The notes under the pieces are model-generated. The model saw nothing but the letters and a program-made list of their open reading frames with translations. It did no database searches and was not told the DNA's origin. The translations under genes and the position numbers were made by a program. Source: Candidatus Hydrogenedentota bacterium (GTDB taxonomy: Bacteria; Hydrogenedentota; Hydrogenedentia; Hydrogenedentales; JAEUWI01). Taken from it: DNA of 52,702 nucleotides. Below, one piece after another: positions 1 to 7,650 of this stretch (the stretch's first letter is position 1; every line of letters begins with the position of its first letter). The DNA is taken from positions 1 to 52,702 of the forward strand of contig JAJRPE010000175.1 of the NCBI GenBank assembly GCA_024280935.1. The letters are read 5' to 3'.

Positions 1-1
1 C

Positions 2-751
2 AACATTGAGTGGTCCCTGAAAAAGCTCTACCAAAAGGAGCTCATCACCCCAAGCCCGAAAACCGTGCTCGCACGCATCACCCCCGCCACCGAACTCGAT
101 GCGGCCCGTGATGCGGACTTGGTTTTCGAAGCGGTGCCGGAAATCGTCCACGTAAAGCAAGAAATTTTTCGTGCGCTCGACCAGTGCTGCAAGCCCAGCG
201 CCTGCTTCGCCTCCAACACCTCCACCATCCCCATACATATTCTCGCCGAAGTCACCAACCGGCCCGAACGCATTGTAGGCACCCATTTCTTCTTTCCCGT
301 GCCCCTCAATCCCCTGCTGGAACTCATTCCCTCCCCGGTCACCAGCGCCGAGACCCTTACCCTCTTCCGCGATCTCTGCGAGTCTTTTGGGAAATATATC
401 ATCCACGTCAAGAAAGACATACCCGGGTTTATCATGAACCGGGTCTTCGGTGCCATGACCTGCGAGGCCATCCGCCTCGTCGAAAAGGGCATCTGCACCG
501 TCGAAGATGTGGACCGTGGCCTGACTACAGGCTATGGCATGATCCAGGGTCCCCTGGCCAAAGCCGACATGGCCGGCCTCGACATCTGCCTCCTCGCTTT
601 TTCCCACATCTACGAAATGGACAAGAACGAGGCCCTGCGCCCGCCTGAGCTCCTCGTTAAACTTGTGAAGGAGGGCCACTACGGCATGAAGAGTCGTCAA
701 GGCTTTTACCACTATGACGAAAGCGGAAAGCCCACGGGACCCGCCGTGTAG
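2..751 (+). CDS. 3-hydroxyacyl-CoA (3-hydroxybutyryl-CoA type) dehydrogenase, 5' end cut by the window edge
   Basis: The frame is open from position 2 (NIEWSLKKLYQKELITP... precedes the GTG at 65). Motifs seen: DADLVFEAVPE..K.EIF, ASNTSTI, HFFFPVP..LLE, and the C-terminal 3HCDH domain GFIMNRV...GP..ADM.GLD. Confidence 0.9.
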   Translation, partial: NIEWSLKKLYQKELITPSPKTVLARITPATELDAARDADLVFEAVPEIVHVKQEIFRALDQCCKPSACFASNTSTIPIHILAEVTNRPERIVGTHFFFPVPLNPLLELIPSPVTSAETLTLFRDLCESFGKYIIHVKKDIPGFIMNRVFGAMTCEAIRLVEKGICTVEDVDRGLTTGYGMIQGPLAKADMAGLDICLLAFSHIYEMDKNEALRPPELLVKLVKEGHYGMKSRQGFYHYDESGKPTGPAV

Positions 752-997
752 TCGAAGAGTATATCGGTATCTTCTTCTTGTCCAGCGTCCACAGCAGCCA
801 AGCCTTCCCCCTGTTGAAAATTTTGAAATGATCCCTGCCCGGCGGCGCGGAAAGCGAAGCTGTGGCCGACTGGGCGTGGTGGAGCCAAGGGAACCTGCGC
901 ACCGAGGCCCACCACAACGTGAGCACCACCCTTGCCCAGGAAGGGGACTTCGCGTCGGGATGCGGCGACAGCTTGATATATCGTTACCTCGACATAT

Positions 998-1309
998 ATG
1001 CTTATGTTTATGACTGCCAACTCAGAGCTTGTATCCATGGAAGGCCTTACCCAAGCGGCGGAATGCCTCAAGACGCTGGCCCATCCCCATCGTTTGCGCA
1101 TGGTGCAAATGATGCTCCGGGGAGAGCACACGGTAGGCGAGTTGGCGGAGGCGTGCGGCATTCCCAGCCACATGGCATCAGAACACCTTGGAAAAATGAA
1201 GGACCGCGGTCTTCTTAAGCCCGAACGGCGGGGCCGCCAGATTTTCTACCACGTCGCCGATCCGCACCTCGCCAGCATTCTCGGTTGCGTGGAAACGCGG
1301 TTTAAGTAG
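998..1309 (+). CDS. ArsR/SmtB-family winged-helix transcriptional regulator
   Basis: LKTLAHPHRLRMVQMML.GEHTVGELAEACGIPSHMASEHLGKMKDRGLL..ERRGRQIFY is a typical HTH_ArsR core. No obvious Cys metal site. The start is ambiguous (ATGs at 998, 1004, 1010, 1037). Confidence 0.85.
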   Translation: MLMFMTANSELVSMEGLTQAAECLKTLAHPHRLRMVQMMLRGEHTVGELAEACGIPSHMASEHLGKMKDRGLLKPERRGRQIFYHVADPHLASILGCVETRFK

Positions 1310-1426
1310 GGTACGGATGCACATTGCCCTGTTAAGTGTGTCAGTAACCACCTGCGACGCCGATGGCTTGAGGAAGGCCCCTGAAAGGGGCCGAATCGTC
1401 ATACTTCAGGCACAAAACAAAAGCAG

Positions 1427-1663
1427 TTAGTCCCGTAGGGACGACATATCGTAGCCCAGCGGTGAAGCGAGGTACGAGCGAAACCCTGGGTAGGCCGGCC
1501 CACAAAGGGCTGAACCCCGAAGGGGTGGCATAGAAAGAATCCAAGCACATTCCCAACGCCTCTATGCCACCCCTTCGGGGTTAGACATCGCTTACCTTCA
1601 AGCTATCCCAGGGTTCGCTTCGCTCACGCCTAGGCTACGATATGTCGTCCCTGCGGGACTAAA
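1427..1663. repeat. Long imperfect inverted repeat (REPIN-like doublet): arms about 105 bp, loop about 26 bp
   Basis: Left arm ttagtcccgtagggacgacatatcgtagcc...ggtgaagcgaggtacgagcg...ccccgaaggggtggcataga matches the reverse complement of the right arm (...tctatgccaccccttcgggg...ggctacgatatgtcgtccctgcgggactaa). It shares the gtgaagcgaggYacgagcg module with 6941-7434. Confidence 0.9.
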
Positions 1664-1843
1664 TCAACATGGCGCACACCGCCCGGTGTATGAATCCAAC
1701 AACTAACGCGGGAACGACAGAGCCTGATGAATTCTCACCAGCAGAGCTGGTGCTTTAGCTTATGATCTAAAACGGATTCACGCTCCACAGCGTCGTCGCC
1801 ATACAGACAAGCGAACTCACTAAAACCACCCCAAGGGTGTCAC

Positions 1844-1885
1844 CTACACGGGTAAGCCCTGAGAGGCCTATCCGTGGCACCCGAC
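1844..1885. repeat. A-type palindromic unit (GTCGGGTGCCACGGRTAGGCC-N5-GGGCTTACCYGTGTAG), reverse orientation
   Basis: ctacacgggtaagccctgagaggcctatccgtggcacccgac lies 20 nt 3' of the sulfatase stop. Same unit at 6683, 6776, 13476, 13565 and 25522, with variants at 27183 and 52208. Confidence 0.9.
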
Positions 1886-1904
1886 GTGTTGCTTTTTAAC
1901 GTCG

Positions 1905-3290
1905 CTATTCCCACCAGATGGCGCCGCCGTCCAAGGTGTTCTTTCGATCCTTGCCATAGGCCGCTGCCGGGGGCGGCAGGAAGTCGTTGGTTTGGTTCAT
2001 CCATTTGCCGAGCGTCTTTTGCATATCGATGACCCGTTGTTTGTGCTCCGGGACTTCGGCGAGGTTCTTCCACTCACCGGGATCAGCCTCCAGATCATAG
2101 AGTTCGACCAGGGGCTTGGTGGTTTCGTGGTACCACTTCAACGGGCCTTCGAGGGTACCATCTTTTGCTTTCTTGATGATGGACTCAAAGCTCGGTGAGC
2201 GCAGCAGATCCCAACTGGGGATGTAGCCCACTTCAGGCCGGTAGTTTTGGATAAGCTTGTAGCGTTCCGTCACCACACCGCGCATGGGATCCCAGTTGTC
2301 GTGCCAGTCCCGCTCAAAGAAGACGTGTTCCCGCACGGTGTCTTTTGCACCGCGAAGCAGGGGGGCCAGGGATACGCCCTCCATCGTTTTCGGAATGGCC
2401 GCACCCGCTACGTCGAGCCAGGTCTTCGCCAGGTCCATCAGTGACGCGAGGGCCTTCGAGCTTCGCCCCGGCTCAATGACACCCGGCCAATTCGCCAGGA
2501 GCGGCACCTTCACGCCGGGTTCGTAGAGGGTGGCCTTGGCCCGGGGGAAGGGCATGCCGTTGTCACCCGCCATGACGATGAGGGTGTTGTCCCGAACGCC
2601 CTGTTGCTCCAGCAGGGCGATGATTTCGCCGCATTCCTTGTCGAAGCGACCAATTTCATCGTAGTAGTAGGCCAAGTCCTGACGCACTTCGGGCGTATCC
2701 GGCAAAAACTCCGGCACCTCAACCAGGGCCGGGTCGTGGGGCGGATCCACGGCGCCAGGGGCGTAGTCCCGGTGGGGGTCGGTGGAACCAAACCAAAGAA
2801 AGAAGGGCTTATCTTTGGGGCGTTGTTCAAAAAAGGAGGCTATGGGCTTCTTGTAACCACCGTAAAAATCAAAATCGCGCTGGATATGGCCTTGGTGGAC
2901 CTTACGCAAGGCACCCGTGTGGTAGCCCGCATCCCGCAAGAGCCGGGGCACGTTGGGGGTCTGCTTGTAGGCATTCATATGGAGCCGGGAGGCCCCCACC
3001 GCGTGGGGCGTGCGGCCCGTGAGGATACTCGCCCGACTCGGGCTGCACTGGGGACTGGTCACATAGCCCCGGTCGAATCGCATGCCGGTTGCAGCCAGCG
3101 CGTCCAAGTTGGGCGTGTGGATAGCCTGGTTGCCATAGCAGCCGAGATCGGGGACGCTATGGTCGTCGGAAAAAAGAAACACTATATTGGGGTGCGTCGA
3201 TTTCGACTTGGCGTGGCTTCGTGTTGCTGCGCCGAAGGCGAAGGCAGTGGTCGCCATGGCCGTTAAGAATTGGCGTCGTGATGATTGCAT
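1905..3290 (-). CDS. Sulfatase (arylsulfatase A / formylglycine-dependent family) with twin-arginine signal
   Basis: MQSSRRQFLTAMATTAFAFGAA is a Tat-like signal. Also NIVFLFSDDH and SPQCSPSRASILTGR (C-x-P-x-R FGly motif). The ORF is open to 3350, but ATG 3290 with upstream GGAG gives a normal signal peptide. Confidence 0.9.
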   Translation of the reverse strand: MQSSRRQFLTAMATTAFAFGAATRSHAKSKSTHPNIVFLFSDDHSVPDLGCYGNQAIHTPNLDALAATGMRFDRGYVTSPQCSPSRASILTGRTPHAVGASRLHMNAYKQTPNVPRLLRDAGYHTGALRKVHQGHIQRDFDFYGGYKKPIASFFEQRPKDKPFFLWFGSTDPHRDYAPGAVDPPHDPALVEVPEFLPDTPEVRQDLAYYYDEIGRFDKECGEIIALLEQQGVRDNTLIVMAGDNGMPFPRAKATLYEPGVKVPLLANWPGVIEPGRSSKALASLMDLAKTWLDVAGAAIPKTMEGVSLAPLLRGAKDTVREHVFFERDWHDNWDPMRGVVTERYKLIQNYRPEVGYIPSWDLLRSPSFESIIKKAKDGTLEGPLKWYHETTKPLVELYDLEADPGEWKNLAEVPEHKQRVIDMQKTLGKWMNQTNDFLPPPAAAYGKDRKNTLDGGAIWWE

Positions 3291-3461
3291 TTCCCAGAGT
3301 CTCCTAGTGTTTTGTTCCGTGCTATAGTGCCAGCGAGACGACGAAGACACAAGCCACCAATTGCTTTGATTGGAATCACGTCGGCCCGTTCCTTACAATG
3401 GCTTCAACCTTTGGGAACACAACACCGCCCGTACTTTCGGTGGGAAGAGGAGTAAGGCTTC

Positions 3462-4784
3462 ATGGGAAACGTCGTCGAAACGTTGCGGGGGGGGGACATC
3501 ATGCGGAACGTGTGCGCTATCGTGCTGGGCGGAGGACGGGGTTCGCGCCTCTATCCGCTGACCAAAGAGCGCGCCAAACCGGCCGTCCCGCTCTATGGCC
3601 GCTATCGCCTGGTGGACATTCCACTCAGCAACTGCATTCATTCGCAGATCAATCATATCGCGGTGCTGACCCAATACAATAGCCACTCGCTGAACCGCCA
3701 CATTAACAACACCTATCGTTTTGACACCTTCAGCGATGGCATGGTGGAAGTGCTCACTGCGGAACAAACCGACCATGCCAGCGGCAATGAGTGGTTTCAG
3801 GGCACGGCCGACGCAGTGCGCAAACAATTTCTCCATCTTCAGAAGCCGTCCATCGAGCATTACATCATCCTTTCCGGCGATCAGCTTTATCGCATGGACT
3901 ACCGCGAACTGCTCCGAACCCACCTGAACAAGGACGCGGATATTACCGTGGCGGCCTTGCCCGTCAACCGAAGTGATGCCGAAGGTTTCGGCATCATGAA
4001 GGTCCTCAAGAGTGGTCGCATCCGCGAGTTTGTCGAGAAACCCACCGACAGCGCGGCCCTTGATGCCCTCGTCACCCCCGAAAAAGTATTCGAAGACTTC
4101 GGGCTGGAAGCCGGGGGAAAGCCCTATCTTGCTTCCATGGGCGTCTACGCATTCAAGGCGGAGGTGCTGGAGCGACTTCTGATGGACCATGTCGAGTGGA
4201 TCGACTTTGGCAAGGAATTGATTCCCTATTCCCTCCGCACGCACCAGGTCTATTCACACATGTTCACGGGTTTCTGGGAGGATATCGGTACGGTTCGTTC
4301 CTATTTCGACGTGAGCATGGCGATGACCACGGCGGATCCGCCCTTCCAGTTCAACGACGAGAACCACCAGATCTATACCCACGCCCGCGCCCTGCCTGGC
4401 GTTCAGATTACGGATGCCCATATCAAGAATTCCGTTATCTGCGCGGGAAGCCGGGTCACGAAGGCCAGTATCAGCAACGCCATCATCGGTATTCGGAGCA
4501 TCATTCACCCCGGTGCCAAGGTGGACAGGGCCATCATCCTGGGCGCGGAGTATTTCGAGGAGCACCTGGAAGACAGCAGCAAGCCCCAGCTTGGCATTGG
4601 GCGCAACACCCGAATCAGCAACGCCATCATCGACCACAATGCCCGCATTGGGAAGGGCGTCACCATCAAGGGTTCCAAACGCCTCAAGGACTACGATGGG
4701 GATGGCTTTGCGATTCGCGACGGCATCGTCGTGGTCTTGAAGAACGCCACCATTCCCGATGGTACCACCATCGGCGCCGTTTGA
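3462..4784 (+). CDS. glgC: Glucose-1-phosphate adenylyltransferase
   Basis: AIVLGGGRGSRLYPLTKERAKPAVPLYGRYRLVDIPLSNC, FQGTADAV, GFWEDIGT, and a C-terminal left-handed beta-helix. GAGGAG lies 10 nt upstream of 3462. Alternative start at ATG 3501. Confidence 0.93.
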   Translation: MGNVVETLRGGDIMRNVCAIVLGGGRGSRLYPLTKERAKPAVPLYGRYRLVDIPLSNCIHSQINHIAVLTQYNSHSLNRHINNTYRFDTFSDGMVEVLTAEQTDHASGNEWFQGTADAVRKQFLHLQKPSIEHYIILSGDQLYRMDYRELLRTHLNKDADITVAALPVNRSDAEGFGIMKVLKSGRIREFVEKPTDSAALDALVTPEKVFEDFGLEAGGKPYLASMGVYAFKAEVLERLLMDHVEWIDFGKELIPYSLRTHQVYSHMFTGFWEDIGTVRSYFDVSMAMTTADPPFQFNDENHQIYTHARALPGVQITDAHIKNSVICAGSRVTKASISNAIIGIRSIIHPGAKVDRAIILGAEYFEEHLEDSSKPQLGIGRNTRISNAIIDHNARIGKGVTIKGSKRLKDYDGDGFAIRDGIVVVLKNATIPDGTTIGAV

Positions 4785-4824
4785 GCAGCGACTTCGTGTC
4801 CATCTGTTTTTCACCGCAAAAGAC

Positions 4825-4972
4825 GCCGGGCAGGCGGGTGGACTTTCCAGTCCGCAATAAAGGCATCGTGATGCCACGCAGGCTACCTGGGCATATTGCA
4901 ACACACACGGGCCTCGAATGATTCAACGCGTGCCTTGTGTCGGGTAAGAAAACCCGACCTCCTGCCTACGTG
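4825..4972 (+). repeat. BC-type composite element, copy 1 (hairpin GYGGACT-TTCC-AGTCCGC ... hairpin GNCGGGT-AAGAAA-ACCCGNC)
   Basis: About 148 bp, alignable end to end with 42405-42552 (same orientation) and 20767-20912 (inverted). Degenerate GTGAAC-type shell ends at about 4803-4815 and 4970-4982. Confidence 0.85.
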
Positions 4973-5059
4973 AACACGTGCCAAAATGTTTACCACGGAA
5001 AGCACGGAAAAGAAATTCAACCTGTCGTTGTGAATTCACGGAGCCAGGTAAACCCTGCT

Positions 5060-6673
5060 ATGAACGTCGGAAAACTGCGAAACCCGCGTCTGTGGCTGCT
5101 GTGCATTGTTTTGCTTGCCGCTGTACTGCGTCTTTTCGGGCTGGGCAGCTTCAGTCTGTGGTATGACGAAGGGGCCAGCCTCTATCTCGGCAACTACGTC
5201 ACGACCCCCGCCGCGCTCTTCGATTCCTCCAAGAATATTGAGCCGCCCGTGAACGCCATCATGACGGGGCTTTGGTCCGGCCTCGTCTCGGCGCTCAGCC
5301 CAACGAAAGTTACGGATGGCACCCACGATTTTCTGCTGCGGCTTCTCCCCTGGTTCTTTGGCGTACTTAATTGCGTGCTGGTCTATTGCGTGACCCTGGC
5401 CCTCTATCGTTCGCAGCCCACGGCCCTTTGCGCCGCCTTCCTCTTCGCCATCGCCCCCTTTCAAATCTATTACGCCCAGGAACTCCGTGTCTATGGGCTG
5501 TACATAACGCTGTCGCTCCTCGCGGTGTGGTACATGACGAGCGCCCTGTCAGAAAACCGTCTCAAGCACTGGGCGGGCTTCGTCCTGTCCCTCGCCGTTC
5601 TCATGTATTGCCACTATTTCTCCATGTGGCTCATCTTCACCCTCAACGTGGCCTTCGTCGCCCTGCTCGGAAAATACAAACACCTCTTCTGGCGCTGGAC
5701 TGCGGCCAATGCGCTATTGATGCTGCTCATCGCACCAGCCCTGTACCGCGCCTTCGCCATGCATGCCGAGGTACAAAACCTGGAAACGGCCTGGTACCCC
5801 AATCCTACCTGGAAAACCGGCCTCATTACCTTCAAGATATTTTTCGCGGGCTATGGCCCGACGGTCTGGGCTTATTGGCCCCTCTTTCTCTTGGCCTTGG
5901 GCTTGTGGGGCTTCGGTATGCGGCGAAAAGGCAATATGGGCACCCCGACGGTCATCATCGCCTGTCTCACCTGGATACCTCTCATCGGCTGTATCTGGCT
6001 ATGGGGCCGCGCCGACTTTTCCTTCTACGAGCACCGCCTCTTTCTGTTCTCCGGCGTCGCCGCCCTGATCGGAGCCGCCCGTGGCATCGTCCTCCTCGGG
6101 CGTCCAGGCGCGATTGCGTTGGGCCTCGTGCTCCTGCTGACACTGCCCTGCCTGGGGGACTACTACCAGGGACGGCTCCACCCCATCCTCGAACACCGTC
6201 TCGGCATGTCGGACAAGGTCGATTTCCGCAGCGTGGCGCGTGTCCTGGAGGCGCAGTGGGAACCGGGCGACCGGCTGGTGTACGCAAATCTGTTCAGCGC
6301 CTATCCCCTCTATCACTATTTTCCACGAGACCAAGTGCAGTTGGGCTGGGATATACGGACGGAAGAATATCTCATTGGAATGTTGGGCCATGAAGCCCTG
6401 CTTCGGAAACACAAGCTTCTGCCCGTGATCAAGGAAGACGCTATCGCAGCCGCAACGCGCCTCTGGTTTGTCCGAACCCATGGCATAACCTTTGAATCAC
6501 AGCCCTTTTCGGACCGCATTGAGGCTTGGCTGGAATCGGTGGCGACAAAGGAGGAGACCCTGAACTTTGATGGGGTTACGTTGGTGCGCTATGTGCCAGA
6601 GCAGATGGAGCCTGTCCAAAACGAAAAAACGAACGAATGGCCACAATCAAATCCAAGCCCCTCTCCTCCATAA
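5060..6673 (+). CDS. Glycosyltransferase family 39 (ArnT/PMT-like) polytopic membrane protein
   Basis: LRLFGLGSFSLWYDEGASLYLG is followed by about 12 hydrophobic segments and a soluble C-terminal domain. The 4937 GTG start is rejected because it lies inside the BC repeat. ATG 5060 gives MNVGKLRNPRLWLL... Confidence 0.8.
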   Translation: MNVGKLRNPRLWLLCIVLLAAVLRLFGLGSFSLWYDEGASLYLGNYVTTPAALFDSSKNIEPPVNAIMTGLWSGLVSALSPTKVTDGTHDFLLRLLPWFFGVLNCVLVYCVTLALYRSQPTALCAAFLFAIAPFQIYYAQELRVYGLYITLSLLAVWYMTSALSENRLKHWAGFVLSLAVLMYCHYFSMWLIFTLNVAFVALLGKYKHLFWRWTAANALLMLLIAPALYRAFAMHAEVQNLETAWYPNPTWKTGLITFKIFFAGYGPTVWAYWPLFLLALGLWGFGMRRKGNMGTPTVIIACLTWIPLIGCIWLWGRADFSFYEHRLFLFSGVAALIGAARGIVLLGRPGAIALGLVLLLTLPCLGDYYQGRLHPILEHRLGMSDKVDFRSVARVLEAQWEPGDRLVYANLFSAYPLYHYFPRDQVQLGWDIRTEEYLIGMLGHEALLRKHKLLPVIKEDAIAAATRLWFVRTHGITFESQPFSDRIEAWLESVATKEETLNFDGVTLVRYVPEQMEPVQNEKTNEWPQSNPSPSPP

Positions 6674-6682
6674 AACACCACT

Positions 6683-6813
6683 ACGGGTGCCACGGGTAGG
6701 CCTCTCAGGGCTTTACCCGTGTAGTGCCTGCCGACAATCAGGGGACTATACAGTTTCATGAGACCTTGGGTTTTTCACGGGTAAACCCTGCGGGCCTACC
6801 CGTGGCACCCGAC
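6683..6813. repeat. Inverted pair of A-type units (6683-6724 forward, 6776-6813 reverse) around a 51-bp spacer
   Basis: acgggtgccacgggtaggcctctcagggctttacccgtgtag ... cacgggtaaaccctgcgggcctacccgtggcacccgac. It starts 10 nt after the GT39 stop. Confidence 0.9.
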
Positions 6814-6837
6814 GTATCTCTCTTGAGAATCTAAAGT

Positions 6838-6937
6838 GGCTGGGCCACAACCAAATACTATTTGCCACGAAGAGTCGAAGAACACGAAGGGAGCGCGACG
6901 GGGAGACGTAACAAGTTGCCCGGTCCGGGATAAATCC
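6838..6937 (+). repeat. L-type repeat (GGCCRCAACCAAA...CCACGAAG...CGAAGAACACGAAGGG...GTAACARGTTGCNCGGTCCG...TAAAT)
   Basis: It matches the reverse complement of 52599-52702 over about 100 nt. Confidence 0.8.
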
Positions 6938-6940
6938 CAT

Positions 6941-7434
6941 CGGCTATGCCATAGTCCGCGAAGCGGATGTCGGACTAAAGCCTGGGGTGAAGCGAGGCAC
7001 GAGCGGAGCCCCAGGAAGCGAATAGCAATAACGAGAAAAAGCCCGCGAAGCGGGTGACGGACAATCGGGCTGGCTTGGTAAAACACGGCACACAAGAGGA
7101 GCTGCCAAATGGGTTCATCGTATTGCAATGCAATCTCATCTACCCCATGGTGTTTTCAACCAAGGGCCGCCAAAAATGGATTGACAATACAATCTCAACC
7201 AGGAGGAATCTCACAAGGAGATGACGTTCCAAGTCGAATTCATCGGGCTGCTTGAAAAGCATCGCGTTGGATACAATGAACGGTATCTGTGGGACTGATG
7301 GGTTTCCGCCACCCGCTTCGCGGGCTTGGGGTTCAGGTATAACATTGGTCCTGGGGCTACGCTCGTACCTCGCTTCACCCCAGGCTTTAATCTGTCACCC
7401 GCTACGCGGGCTATTGGGAAACACTTGATAGCCG
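6941..7434. mobile_element. Decayed REPtron: inverted composite REP arms (6941-7064, 7301-7434) flanking a RAYT-like transposase remnant
   Basis: The arms align in inverted orientation. Each holds three hairpin modules (YCCGCG-WAG-CGGR; CCTGGGGTGAAGCGAGGYACGAGCGNAGCCCCAGG; GCCCGCGAAGCGGGT). The interior holds the remnant at 7132-7298. Confidence 0.65.
7132..7298 (+). pseudogene. Remnant of an IS200/IS605-like Y1 (REP-associated, RAYT) transposase: N- and C-terminal ends only, frameshifted
   Basis: Frame 1 reads (L)QCNLIYPMVFSTKGRQKWIDN, which resembles the conserved N-terminal ..L.H.VFSTK.R.P.I.. of this family. Frame 3 reads FQVEFIGLLEKHRVGYNERYLWD*, which resembles the typical C-terminus ..LL.K.G.E.DERY.WD. 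The HUH/Tyr core is missing. Family assignment is from memory of family sequences. Confidence 0.5.
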
Positions 7435-7650
7435 AGGAACCCAAGGAACCCAAGAAGACGGTCTCGGTCTTGCGCTCCGCTTTCGAATGCCGTTTACAAC
7501 GTTCCACAAAAGTCAGCCGACAACTTCGGCTGCTGTGTGTTCACGGGCTGATAGAGAAAATTTCGGTTGCGACCAACGGAAGCGCTAAGCTTTCCGTGGC
7601 AAATGCTTTACTTGTGGCTCGGCCACGCCAGACAAGAAGGGTCACCCTGA

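Noticed and set aside
971-1003. Possible ArsR operator or promoter (TTGATATATCGTTACCTCGACATATATGC)
   Set aside because: An imperfect ATATAT...ATATAT symmetry overlaps a TTGATA/-10-like pair just before the arsR start. This is suggestive, but a single AT-rich site with weak dyad symmetry is not enough to call.
4937-5059. Upstream GTG start for the GT39 gene, and similar long N-terminal extensions (14505 for the phosphoesterase, 16241 for the secreted protein, 17808 for the protease, 19267 for rph, 20027 for rdgB, 24811 for the FG-GAP protein, 27241 for pgeF, 36538 for TolC, 42638 for the hydrolase, 49954 and 52067 on the minus strand)
   Set aside because: The extensions run through repeat elements or overlap the upstream gene, and they lack signal-peptide logic. 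Internal starts have SD-like sequences and give canonical N-termini.
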